Assembly: GCA_000004985.1 (NCBI GenBank)
Contig: GG738906.1
Reading direction: 5' to 3' (one strand)
DNA: 64,000 nt
Source of the DNA: Naegleria gruberi
Lineage: Eukaryota
Below, one piece after another: positions 22,966 through 33,167 of this stretch. The notes below the pieces were generated by a model. It was not told the DNA's origin. It ran no database searches and saw nothing but the letters and a program-made list of their open reading frames with translations. Position numbers and translations under genes: made by a program. Each line of letters begins with the position of its first letter. Within the stretch, counting starts at the first letter, position 1.

Positions 22966-24339
22966 ATGTCTGAAGAAACAATTCACGACTCACCAGCCAT
23001 CTGTACTGATGAAGACGGAAACAAGGAACTTTTAACAACAACACCACCATTGAACGTTATTTTCCTTGGACACGTTGATGCTGGTAAATCAACACTTTCA
23101 GGTCGTATTTTGTTGGATACCGGAATGATTGATGATAGAGTTATCGAAAAATTCAAGATGGAAGCCAAAGAAAATAACAGAGAATCTTGGTATATCGCTT
23201 ATATTATGGATTGTAGTGAAGATGAAAAAGCTAAAGGTAAAACAATTGAAGTAGGTCGTGCTCACTTTGAAACACAAAAGAAGCGTTACACAATTTTGGA
23301 TGCTCCTGGTCACAAGGCCTATGTCCCAAACATGATTTCTGCTACTACCCAAGCTGATGTTGGTATTCTTGTTATTTCTGCAAGAAAGGGTGAATTCGAA
23401 GCTGGTCTTGAAAAAGGAGGTCAAACTATGGAACATACTGTTTTATCAAAGACTTTGGGTGTTGATCAATTGATTGTTGTTGTAAACAAGATTGACGATC
23501 CTTCTGTTGCTAAAGATAAGGTCAGATATGATGAAATTGTCACAAAAGTTAGTGCAACTTTGAAGGGTGTTGGTTGGAATTTAAAGACTCAAGTTCAATT
23601 TATTCCAATTGATGCATTGACTGGGCAAAATATTTCATCAAGAAATTTGAATGTTCCATGGTATTCTGGTCCATCTTTGATTGAAGCTTTGGATGATATT
23701 AAACTCACAGCTGTGCATGATGTCAATGCTCCTTTGCGTTTACCTATTATTGATAGATATAGAGATAAGGGTTGTACAGTAGTTTTGGGAAAAGTATTGA
23801 GTGGACAAATCAAAATTGGACAAAAGGTTGTTGTCATGCCTAATAAGTGTGTTTGTGAAGTTATTGCTTTAAAGAGTCACGAAATTAATATTCACGGTGG
23901 TGTTGTTTCTGCAGGTGAAAATGTTGAATTATATTTGAAGGGTGATGATGATAATATTGCTTCCGGACACACTGTTTGTGATCCTGAACACTTATTGGAA
24001 CCAGTTCAAGAATTTATTGGATCTTTCCACATTTTGGATAGCTCTGAACATGTCGATATTATTTCATCTGGTTTTAGTACAAATATGCACATTCACACAG
24101 CCATGGAAACTATTACCCTTACAAAATTGATAAGCAAGATGGATAAAAAGACAGGCAAACCACTCGCACAAGTTCCAAAGTTTGTTCAAAACAAGGATAC
24201 TGCTGAAGGAGTTTTCAGATTAGAAAAACCAATCTGTATTGAAAAGTTTGAATCTTTGAATGCTATGGGTAGATTTGTTTTACGTTCCGATAGAACTATT
24301 GCTGTTGGTAGAGTGAAGAAGGTAAAACCATTGAAGTAA
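22966..24339 (+). CDS. EF1A-family translational GTPase, eRF3/HBS1-like, 457 aa, single exon. It lacks the long N-terminal extension typical of eRF3/HBS1.
   Basis: G1 GHVDAGKST, G2/G3 region ...KGKTIEVGRAHFETQKKRYTILDAPGH, G4 NKID, plus beta-barrel domains II/III. The G domain is closest in pattern to eRF3/HBS1 rather than eEF1A. Confidence 0.8.
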   Translation: MSEETIHDSPAICTDEDGNKELLTTTPPLNVIFLGHVDAGKSTLSGRILLDTGMIDDRVIEKFKMEAKENNRESWYIAYIMDCSEDEKAKGKTIEVGRAHFETQKKRYTILDAPGHKAYVPNMISATTQADVGILVISARKGEFEAGLEKGGQTMEHTVLSKTLGVDQLIVVVNKIDDPSVAKDKVRYDEIVTKVSATLKGVGWNLKTQVQFIPIDALTGQNISSRNLNVPWYSGPSLIEALDDIKLTAVHDVNAPLRLPIIDRYRDKGCTVVLGKVLSGQIKIGQKVVVMPNKCVCEVIALKSHEINIHGGVVSAGENVELYLKGDDDNIASGHTVCDPEHLLEPVQEFIGSFHILDSSEHVDIISSGFSTNMHIHTAMETITLTKLISKMDKKTGKPLAQVPKFVQNKDTAEGVFRLEKPICIEKFESLNAMGRFVLRSDRTIAVGRVKKVKPLK

Positions 24340-24529
24340 ATTTGGTCAAACCATTAAACTTTTTGTAAATTGAGCTGTTGATAGGTTTAAATCTTATTAA
24401 TTCCATATAGCTTCAACATTCACATAGCTCATGAAAAAACTTTTACTTTCGAATGAATTATTCTTAACCAATCTACGCATGCTTGTTATGAGAATCTGAG
24501 CTATGTTTTTTATTGTGGATCTACAATAG

Positions 24530-26125
24530 TTAGAATTTGGAAACCCCAAATGACAAAATCTCATTAGTCCAATCACTCAAAACGTGTACAGAACATAAAG
24601 AAATAAAAGTAATGAACAATACAAAGATCATTAGGTACTTTTTGTGATAAAGTCTGGAGAACACATTCCCATTGTATTCTTGAATTAAACTCATATTTTC
24701 CTCTTCGGAAACTCCATTGATTCTTCTTGATTTTCTTCTCTTAATTCTATCAGATTGAGAGGAACGAATTCCATCCCCTTGTTGAAGATCTGATACCAAC
24801 TCATTAATTTGTGCAATTCAGAAAAAAAAACTTACCTTCCATTTGTTTTTCAAATGATGAAAAGTTTTGGTTATCTGGTAATAATTTCATATTCATAAAC
24901 TGAATATCTTTTGGTGAGAGACGATAGAGTGACCACTTAAGCAAAATTCTTTTGAGAAAGGCCATCGAAAAACAAAGAACAAACATAACCACACAAAATA
25001 ATTGATAAATAATTCCTTCCCAAAAATAAGAAGTATAGGCAAAGTCAACTGTAATATAGAAATGTTTTGCAACAAACAAAGCCACAATACCACCAACAAG
25101 AGTTACCATAAAGTCCAAACTTCTCATAATCATTGGAGTTCTTGTTGAATAAAAATGATAAATCAATCCAATAGCAAGAGATGTGATCATTTGTCCCACA
25201 CTTGATTCACCTGCAAGAATGGCAGTACTATTTTTGTAAATTGTTGTTTGAATTAATTATTTCAATAACTCACCATGGTAACAATAAGAGAGCAGGAAGT
25301 CCTACAAATACTGAATATCTTTCCAAAACATGCAAAATTAAGACAGTTCCCATTAAAACTTCTTCTGAAGGCATACACCAACCAAGAGAATTTCCAAGAA
25401 CAAATGTTGTTCCAGTTGTTACATTCATTGGATTGAATGGCTCTTCCATAATATATTGTGTAGAAATGTCACTTTCATGTCTTAAACTACCTGAGCCTAC
25501 AAATCTACAAGAGCAAGGACATGGCTGTCTAATTGCCAATAAAAGTACCATGTTGAAAGATTGAACAATTGCAAGTCTGAAAAATAGGGAAAGAATTTGA
25601 AGAACATAATAAGCAAAGCTAGAGGCCAGCTCTTCTGTATAATGCTCCTCATCATAAACACTCAATACAAATGGGAGAATAAAACATAAAGCGAATAATA
25701 AAGGATTAACAAATTTGAACATATCAAACCATTGAAGAACATATTGAGAAAGTCTATAGAGAGCTTGTTTGGTATTTGATGGAATATAGGTTGAAGTTGG
25801 ATCACTGCATTATTCAACGCATTTACAATAACATTTTCAAATTTAAAACCTACAAATGACAACCATTCATGAACCATAAAAATCCTGTTGTTGGATCTCC
25901 ATTTGTTGGAAATTGACTATCTTGCAAACTTGGATTTGTAGCACATTGAAGTGTTAAAAACGTATTATTTGTATTATCTGTTTGTCCCATCAGAGAATTA
26001 AATCCATCTAAAATTGAAAATGCTTGTTGATTTTTCATTCCGATAATATTTGATCTTCCAAAGGTTGTTGATGAAAATAATAACACCAACAAAATGGTGC
26101 AATAAATGAATACAATTTGCTTCAT
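24530..26125 (-). CDS. Multi-pass membrane protein with N-terminal signal peptide. Four exons: 25854..26125, 25274..25804, 24836..25227 and 24530..24789. Introns: 49 nt (GTAGGT...AATGCAG), 46 nt (GTGAGT...AAAATAG), 46 nt (GTAAGT...TATCAG).
   Basis: Four collinear minus-strand ORFs (25850..26125, 25270..25722, 24804..25199, 24530..24799). Each ends at a consensus donor, and its frame resumes after an AG 46-49 nt downstream with matching phases (2, 2, 1). Signal peptide MKQIVFIYCTILLVLLFSSTTFG. At least 6 hydrophobic helices. Family not identified (possibly CREST/LUSTR-like; unverified). Confidence 0.6.
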
Positions 26126-26237
26126 TTTTTTAAAGATTTTTTCAACAACTATTTCATAAACTCCGTGCTTTCATCACACAATTTAATAAATTAATAATTT
26201 TATAATAAATTAATTTATTTAAAGGAAATAATAACAA

Positions 26238-27644
26238 TTATAAATGATAAATAAAATCAGAGAGAGGATTAATTAATGTAGATTCTTCATAAAATGAAAT
26301 GGAATTTGCTCGAAGTTTTGGGTTGATTGTAAAAAGGGAAAAGCATTTGGAAAGATTATATTCCAGTTCCTTATTGGTTTTTACAATATCACTCTTTCCA
26401 ATACCTATAGAAAAGTTAAAACCATGACATTTCTTACTTGTAATTCTTTTTAAAAATTGTTCTAAATTATCAAATATTACTCTGTCATTAAACGTAATAC
26501 CACTATTATTTGATCTATCGTTAGAGGTTATTGGAACAGAAAGTATTCCCAAATCATATCTATTGGTTATTTTTAATATATCTACATGGAGTGAATATGG
26601 TGATGAATTTAGTATTAGTTTTTCTAATTCATAGAGAAGGTGGTGAGATATGGAAAATCTAGTCTTGTCCTTTTCAATAAATGATGAAATAATATTTAGA
26701 TCTGAAAGTAGTATATTTTGCAAAATGTATTGTGCAAATATATCCAAATTGATAATATCTTGATTTTCTTCATAAGGATTAGAATTCATAAGAAAATTGG
26801 AATTATTATTTAAATATTCACAACAATCGATAACTTGTTTTACACCGAGTAGGTAGGAAGGATTTCTTTTCAAATTTTGGTCATCCAATCTGATAAATCC
26901 CTGTCTTTGATGTAAATCTAGAATTTTTTCATTTTCTGAACTCCATACGGGAAGAATGCTTGAACGATTCATTCCCATTATTGACAATGTTACAATATTC
27001 GCAATATTATTTTCAGAGCCATTATTATCATTTGAAAAATTCCAAGATGATTGATTCTTTGCGTGAATATATGAAACATGAGCTTTCTTTACAATATTAT
27101 ACAAATCTTCAGTTTCCATAAATGAAAAATCAACAATAAATACATATTTTTCTACAGACGACAATCTAGTCTTATATGAAGCTGCCAATAAATCTTCTAA
27201 TTGTAATGTCAATGAGTGAGCTGGCTGAGGTTTTTTTTGGAAGGATATCGAGGAAGGAGAAGTAGCATTTCTAGGAGATGAATCTGTTGTTCTACTTCTT
27301 GGTGATGTAGAAGAAGAAGTTGAAACTCCAGATGGAAGGGGAACAAGATTTATACTAGTATTCTGTTGGGAATTTACGGTGGTAGAATTTCCAAGAATGT
27401 GCCGCTTGAAAGAGAGTCTCCTTGGTTTTGTATCAACAGTTTGTTGTTGTTGATCAGTTGATACTGTAGGTTCCGAATTGTTTGTTTGTTTAATTTCAAA
27501 ACTAGCATCATACTTGGTGGATGTATTTTCTTCCGAAATGATTGTGGTGTTGGTAGGGTTGATTACAAATCCTCCTGATGGTGGTTGACCAATATGAGGA
27601 TTGTCTAAGTGTTTGGAAGATTTTCTCTTGAAGAGCGATTTCAT
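26238..27644 (-). CDS. Hypothetical protein, 468 aa, single exon. Ser/Thr-rich N-terminal third, then a globular region.
   Basis: Long ORF with the window-typical codon usage. No motif I can name with confidence. Confidence 0.5.
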   Translation of the reverse strand: MKSLFKRKSSKHLDNPHIGQPPSGGFVINPTNTTIISEENTSTKYDASFEIKQTNNSEPTVSTDQQQQTVDTKPRRLSFKRHILGNSTTVNSQQNTSINLVPLPSGVSTSSSTSPRSRTTDSSPRNATSPSSISFQKKPQPAHSLTLQLEDLLAASYKTRLSSVEKYVFIVDFSFMETEDLYNIVKKAHVSYIHAKNQSSWNFSNDNNGSENNIANIVTLSIMGMNRSSILPVWSSENEKILDLHQRQGFIRLDDQNLKRNPSYLLGVKQVIDCCEYLNNNSNFLMNSNPYEENQDIINLDIFAQYILQNILLSDLNIISSFIEKDKTRFSISHHLLYELEKLILNSSPYSLHVDILKITNRYDLGILSVPITSNDRSNNSGITFNDRVIFDNLEQFLKRITSKKCHGFNFSIGIGKSDIVKTNKELEYNLSKCFSLFTINPKLRANSISFYEESTLINPLSDFIYHL

Positions 27645-27748
27645 TTTTTTTTAATTAATAAAAGGTGAGATTTAAGAGAAACTTTACAAGGATCAAACAA
27701 AGATATTAGAAGGTTTTGATTGAGAAAAGAAATTTAATAATTAACAAC

Positions 27749-30608
27749 CTAAACATGTGGTGATAAACTAATAGCATTCCAACCATATGGACTCTTTACA
27801 GGGCTATCTTCCAAACTTCCAGAGCCAACAGACATTCCCAAAATGCTACTATTATTTCTTCCACAGCTTCCTCCTGATTCTCTCCTTTTCTTAATATTAA
27901 TAGCTTTTGGAGGAGATCTTCCTCGTTGACCAATCATCATACCTGGATGAGAACCTTCATAGTATTCATCATCATCCAATTCAAATTGTTCCTCATCCCC
28001 ACTATCCAGGCTGCTATCATCATTATATTCTTCCTGTTCGTCTTCTGAGAGATCGAAAATTCCATTATCATCATCCATCATTTCATCCTCGTCATAAGAT
28101 TCTGGTCTTTTTTTCATCATGGCATGTAGTGGAGATTTTGATTGAGGAGAGTGTAGAGATTCAAAGAGAAAATTGTTTGCCTCCGAATTTCTGTGGTTAT
28201 TGGTTTTTGACATATTCCTCAATCTGTCCCATTCGTCCATCATACCAGAATTACCAGCAGATCCACAATAGAAATCTTGTCTTTGTGAATTGGAAGAAAA
28301 TTGTGAGTTAGTTCCAAAATCACTCGAATCATACCCAGTTGTTGGATTGATATTTGGATATTCCCATTTTTGATAGATTGGCAAAATATATTTTTCAGAT
28401 TTTCTTAACAAATATGGATCGAATGGGAAAAAGTTATTCTCAAGATAATTCACACCTCCATATCCACCACGAAGAGGAACAACAATGTTTTGGTTTTCCT
28501 CCAGAACATGATGGAAATCAAAGAGGTAGAAACGAGAAAAGGCATTAACAACTTCTTCAGCAACATCAGAAGCTACAATCTGTTGAAATGCACAATAGGT
28601 TTTGTTTGGAAATAATTTTCGTGTTGGGTAGGGAGAATGACATGTTGGAACCATTTGATTAACCAATCATTAACCAATTGGTACAGTCATTTGCAATACC
28701 GCAATTGGTTTATTCGAAGCAAGACACATCAAATCATTATGGTCGTAATGTTTGAATGTGATCGTGTAATAATAATATGTTTGACAAGAATTATTCACAA
28801 ATAAAAGCAATACCACCAATGGCGTTCGGTTGTTCATTGCATTCGTGAAAATTAATGTCAATTAAAAATTGATACAATAAATTTGAATTGTAACAATGTT
28901 AAATCCATTCCATTTAAAATTATTTTGAATTTAAGATAAAGTAAATCTTGGTTGGATAGATTGTCATACTTACCTTAAGAGGATTAAATTTAGAATAAAT
29001 AATACGTTTGATAGGACTTTGGGAGAAAAATTGTCTACCTTCTGCCATTAGTTGTTTGACATCCTTTCTAATAGGTGAGGTTTCACCTCCTTCCCCATCT
29101 TCTGGTTTGAGCAATTGTTGTATTTTGAAACATAACACATAGAAAACTCCTTGGCAAATAGAATAAAACAAACTATGAGTTTCTACATCTAAGTATTGTA
29201 AACTTTGCTCAAAAGTTATAATATACTTTTCTGACCAGGCTAATAATTGACCCAAAGTTCTTAAAACAATGGTATTAGTAACATATTTTGCTCTTGATAA
29301 AAGACCGGATAAATAAGCAGCACAACATTTTCTAACCTCAACATGAAGTTGACTGTTGAATATATTTCCAAGTAAAAAACTGATAAATCTTTCCATATAA
29401 TTAACGTGAAAACTGCAAACGTAAAACATTAAAAATTGAATAGAGTGAAGTTGATATTGGTTAAGTACAAAGCTTCTGAATAAAACCATCATGGAGTGGA
29501 ATATGGAATCAAGAAATTCATTTTTTCCCTTAATTTCGCTATTGCCACTTTCTAGATACTTGTTATTTTGTCTTGGTGGATGTAAATGTACAGGAGAAGA
29601 AGGTGGAGCATTGGCACGTTCATTGATATATTCAAATAGAATGGTAACAATGGAATCAAGTTTTTCAGCACAGTAAATACGCATCTCTTCAGCATTGGAT
29701 TCATCAAATTCAAAATCAAATACAGCGTTTTCTAGATGTTTAACATCTGATGCTTCATTATTCATATTTCCAATATGCTTATTGGTTTGTGATGAGAAGG
29801 TATCATTTTGTGAATTCATTGCAACAAGTTGGGCATCCATTTCAATTAGACTTTGTACAACCGAGGAGAAACAGAAGCTAGTAAGTGAGGGAATATATCT
29901 ATCCAAACTTAAAGCATTATCAACAAATGCTCTATGAATTGAAAGTGAGTGTGAGGCATGAGGATAAACCTGTCTAATTCTATCTTTAAGTTGAGTAATG
30001 AACAAGTGTTGGTTGGTAGCTTTTTTTTGTATTTTGTAGAGGAGATTATGTACATTTTGTTTTCTTGTTCTTTCGAGCGTTTCTATGAGTTCTGCTGTTA
30101 ATTTTAATCCACCATTATTTTCTTCAATTCTCTTCAGCTCGAAATCTGGTATCGGAAGGAAATGTTCAACAAGGCAGGAAATTATCATTTCGTGAATACT
30201 TGTAGCAGTAGTATTGTTATTTGTTGTTGTTATGAGAGTACTATTAGTAGACGAAGATGTGGTATAAAGAGCCAAACACAATGTATCGAAACTAATTTGT
30301 AAATCCTTGTTATTAGAACACATTACTTTTGTGCTAGTGGAGAGGATGGCATGAATTAAATCTTTACAATTTGAATATTGACTATTATTGAGGGATCTTG
30401 AATGTACAATTTCGTTGGTTATCCTTGAGAGTGCTTTGAAAGTGAGTACAAGTTGGAGAGGACTGAGTTGATGGAATTTTTGTACGACACTCACATATTT
30501 TCGTGGATCATTATTTTCAAATAACTCTCGTAGCGCTGTTGAAAAAGCTTGTTTAATTACATTAATTTGTTGTTCTTGTTGGAGTTGTTGTGGATTTTGT
30601 TGCATCAT
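27749..30608 (-). CDS. RRN3: RNA polymerase I transcription initiation factor RRN3/TIF-IA. Exons 28974..30608 and 27749..28579, with an unusually long 394-nt intron (28580..28973, GTAAGT...CAACAG).
   Basis: ORF 28920..30608 aligns by eye to RRN3 (YLSGLLSRAKYV~YIGSFLARAKFI, FYSICQGVFYVLCFKIQQLL~FYSACQAVFYTFVFRHKQLL, FNPLKV~LNPLKI). ORF 27749..28666 carries the RRN3 C-terminal block (VVNAFSRFYLF..., FFPFDPYLLRKSEKYILPIYQKWE~FFPFDPCVLKRSKKFIDPIYQVWE). A GTAAGT donor sits immediately after NPLK. The only in-frame AG that gives the conserved continuation NPLK|IVASD...VVNAF is caacag| at 28580/28581. Confidence 0.75.
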
Positions 30609-30631
30609 TTTTAAAGGGAAGGAGTGAGAGG

Positions 30632-30931
30632 TTATTTTGGCAATTTTTTTATTTCGTTAAATTGTTTGATGATGGCTTGTTTAGATTCAATGCCACAATT
30701 TAACTTGTGCATAATAAAAAACAATTCATTTCTTTTAAAAATTTGAAAACTTTGGAATTGCACATGCCTTGCTACAAAATGTTTTTCGAATATGATTTCA
30801 ATTTTAAATGAAGGACATATGATGTCGATACTTGAACCGCAATAATTCGCACAAAAGTCCACCATAAAAGCCTGGTTCAAGTTGATCCAGTTGAGCTCTT
30901 CAAAAAAAAGCCAGTACTTCATTCTATCCAC
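30632..30931 (-). CDS. Small ORF (99 aa) whose stop codon lies 24 nt upstream of the RRN3 start codon on the same strand. It may be a uORF/5'-leader ORF, a small gene, or spurious.
   Basis: ORF only; no motif. Position is in the 460-nt region between RRN3 and the ABCG gene. Confidence 0.2.
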   Translation of the reverse strand: MDRMKYWLFFEELNWINLNQAFMVDFCANYCGSSIDIICPSFKIEIIFEKHFVARHVQFQSFQIFKRNELFFIMHKLNCGIESKQAIIKQFNEIKKLPK

Positions 30932-30955
30932 AAACTTTGGTTTTTCTCATCAACT

Positions 30956-33110
30956 ATGGCCGAAACACAAGAAATACCACTAGAAATGATGAGTTATTGT
31001 CAATGTACATGCTGATCAGCATGGTCAACAAGAGGGATTTCACTTTAGAGAGGTTCCAAAAGTATTATTGGAATGGAAAAATTTGAGCTATGAAGTAAAA
31101 GTTAAAAAGTCACTTCCACCCTCTAAAACTACAACATCCAAAGAAAGAATAACCTTTCATTTAAAAAATTTATTTAAAAAAGTCCCAAAAACTATTCTTC
31201 ATTCAATGAGTGGATTTGTAAAGCCAGGTGAGGTATTAGCAATTATGGGACCATCTGGAGCTGTAAGTTTTTTTGGAAGGTTGACATTTTAATGACATTT
31301 GTTCGTTAAGGGAAAAACCTCACTCCTCAACATTCTCTCTCAAAGAGTTAAAGCTTCTGGAGGTGAAATTTTAGCCAATGGACAACATGTTGGAAAGGCA
31401 TTCAAAAGCATTAGTGCATTCGTTCAACAGGATGATGTACTTTTAGGTAATTTAACTGTAAGTGTCTAATTTTAATTATTGGAAAACAATAATGAAATAA
31501 GGTGAGAGAAACTTTGAGATATACAGCAATGCTTCGTTTAGGCAACGTTTCAATGAAGGAGAGAATGAAAAGAGTTGACAGTTTAATCCAAGAACTTGGT
31601 CTTTCTCGAGTTGCTGATACTCTGGTAGGTAGTCCAGGTTTGGTAAAGGGAATTTCTGGAGGTGAAAGAAAACGTCTGTGTATTGCTATTGAACTTCTTA
31701 CACAACCATCCGTATTATTTTTGGATGAGGTGAGAATAATTTAATAATTTCATTGAACGAGACATTAACAAAACCAGCCAACAACAGGCCTCGATGCAAA
31801 AACAAGTTTAAGTGTGATTAATACCATTAACAAACTAGCCCAGAATGGTAGAACAGTCGTATTGACTATTCATCAACCTAGATCAGATATTTTCCAATCA
31901 TTTGATAGATTGCTCCTATTAGCAAGAGGAAAAATTGCTTATTTTGGTAATGCTAAAAGTGTCATACCATACTTTTTAAAGCTTGGATATGATTGTCCAG
32001 AAGCATTCAACCCAGCTGACTTTTTTATGGATCTTGTAACAGAAAATCCTGCTCTAGTAGAAGAGGGAAAAACAACAAAAGTAGAACAAAATCAAAGAAT
32101 TGAAACAATACTTTCAAACTATTCTGAAAACTTTGAAGAGTTGGCCTCTGCAAAAAGAGATGGGGTCAATATGGAACACTTGACAAGAAAAAACAAGTAT
32201 ACATCGGGTTGGTTTTCTCAATTTTTTGTGGTTTTGATGAGATCTTTTCTCAATACCATAAGAAATAAGGCTGTTACAATGGCTAGATTATTTCAGCAGG
32301 TTTCAACTGCTTTCTTACTTGGCTTAATTTATTTGAGGCTGAAAAATGATCAGACTGGTGTTCAAGATAGGCTTGGTGTATTATTCTTTTCTGTTTCCAA
32401 TATGTTTTTTGGAAGTTTATCGAGCTCCCTAAATGTATTACTTGGAGACAAGCCTGTGTTTAATAGAGAGAGAGGTGCTAAACTGTATAGAGTTAGTAGT
32501 TGGTATGTTGCAAAGGTTATTGCAGACATCCCAAGTGTACTGTTTTTCCCTCTTCTTTTTGGTTGCATCTTATATTTTTGGATAGGGCTTAATGGAAGTA
32601 TTGATAGATTCTTAATGTTTCTATTGATTCAAGCGATTTTAGGCTTGACCGGGCAAGGTCTCGGTATTGCTATAGCGAGCATTTCACCAAACGCTTCTGT
32701 GGCATTTTCAATTATGCCAGTAATCAGTACCATTTTAATGTTATTTGGAGGGTTCTACTTGAATTTAGACAATGTACCAGTGTACTTTGTTTGGATTTAC
32801 TGGTAAGTTATCGAAATAGAACACATTTCATCCTTATCTATTCTAATTATTATTAACAAACAGGACTAGTATCTTTCATTTTGCATTTGAGGCATTTTGT
32901 ATTAATGAATTTACGTCCTCAACATTTGAATGCACTTCCTCAAGCTATTGTCCATTTCCAAATGGCGCAGCCGTGTTAGAAAATTTGGCAATGGATTCTT
33001 CAATGTCATCAACTTGGATTAACATTGGTTTATCATGTGCCCTTATTCTTGTTTATCATATTTTTGCTTATTTATGTTTGAGATTTTTCTCTAAACCGAG
33101 AGGTGGCTAA
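30956..33110 (+). CDS. ABCG-family (White/ABCG2-like) half-transporter, NBD then TMD. Exons: a short uncertain 5' exon (ATG at 30956); body starting at 31033, 31035 or 31053 and running to 31262; 31311..31457; 31502..31729; 31778..32802; 32864..33110. Introns: 48 nt (31263..31310), 44 nt (31458..31501), 48 nt (31730..31777), 61 nt (32803..32863).
   Basis: LEWKNLSYEV..., Walker A GPSGA|GKTSLLN (split by an intron), Q-loop, ABC signature ISGGERKRL, Walker B LLFLDE|PTTGLDA (split by an intron), H-loop TIHQPRS. Six TM helices follow, and the ABCG-type C-terminal extracellular Cys loop (...NEFTSSTFECTSSSYCPF...) sits after the last intron. The main ORF frame has no ATG (the track's M is a TTG). 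An ATG at 30956 can be spliced in by a 31-49-nt intron, but the exact junction is unresolved. Confidence 0.8.
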
Positions 33111-33167
33111 TTTTTACAATAATTTTAATTTATAGTTTACAAATATTTAATAAATAAGTGGATTCAA

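Noticed and set aside
11892-24339. Possible functional clustering of Ski2/Mtr4-family helicase and HBS1/eRF3-like GTPase (RNA surveillance) within 8 kb.
   Set aside because: Five unrelated genes lie between them and are on different strands. Eukaryotic gene order rarely reflects pathway membership. Treated as coincidence.
28580-28666. N-terminal 29 codons of ORF 27749..28666 (MVNQMVPTCHSPYPTRKLFPNKTY...) as RRN3 coding sequence. At first CHSP/NKTY seemed to align with RRN3 ICLPS/NKY.
   Set aside because: The better alignment places VVNAF opposite VVNFF. The only acceptor compatible with the conserved NPLK|I... continuation is at 28580/28581, and no AG exists upstream of that. This segment is therefore intronic.
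28670-28861. 63-aa minus-strand ORF inside the long RRN3 intron.
   Set aside because: No motif. It is out of phase with both flanking exons, and the RRN3 protein alignment is continuous without it. Most likely chance. It is retained only as part of the intron finding.
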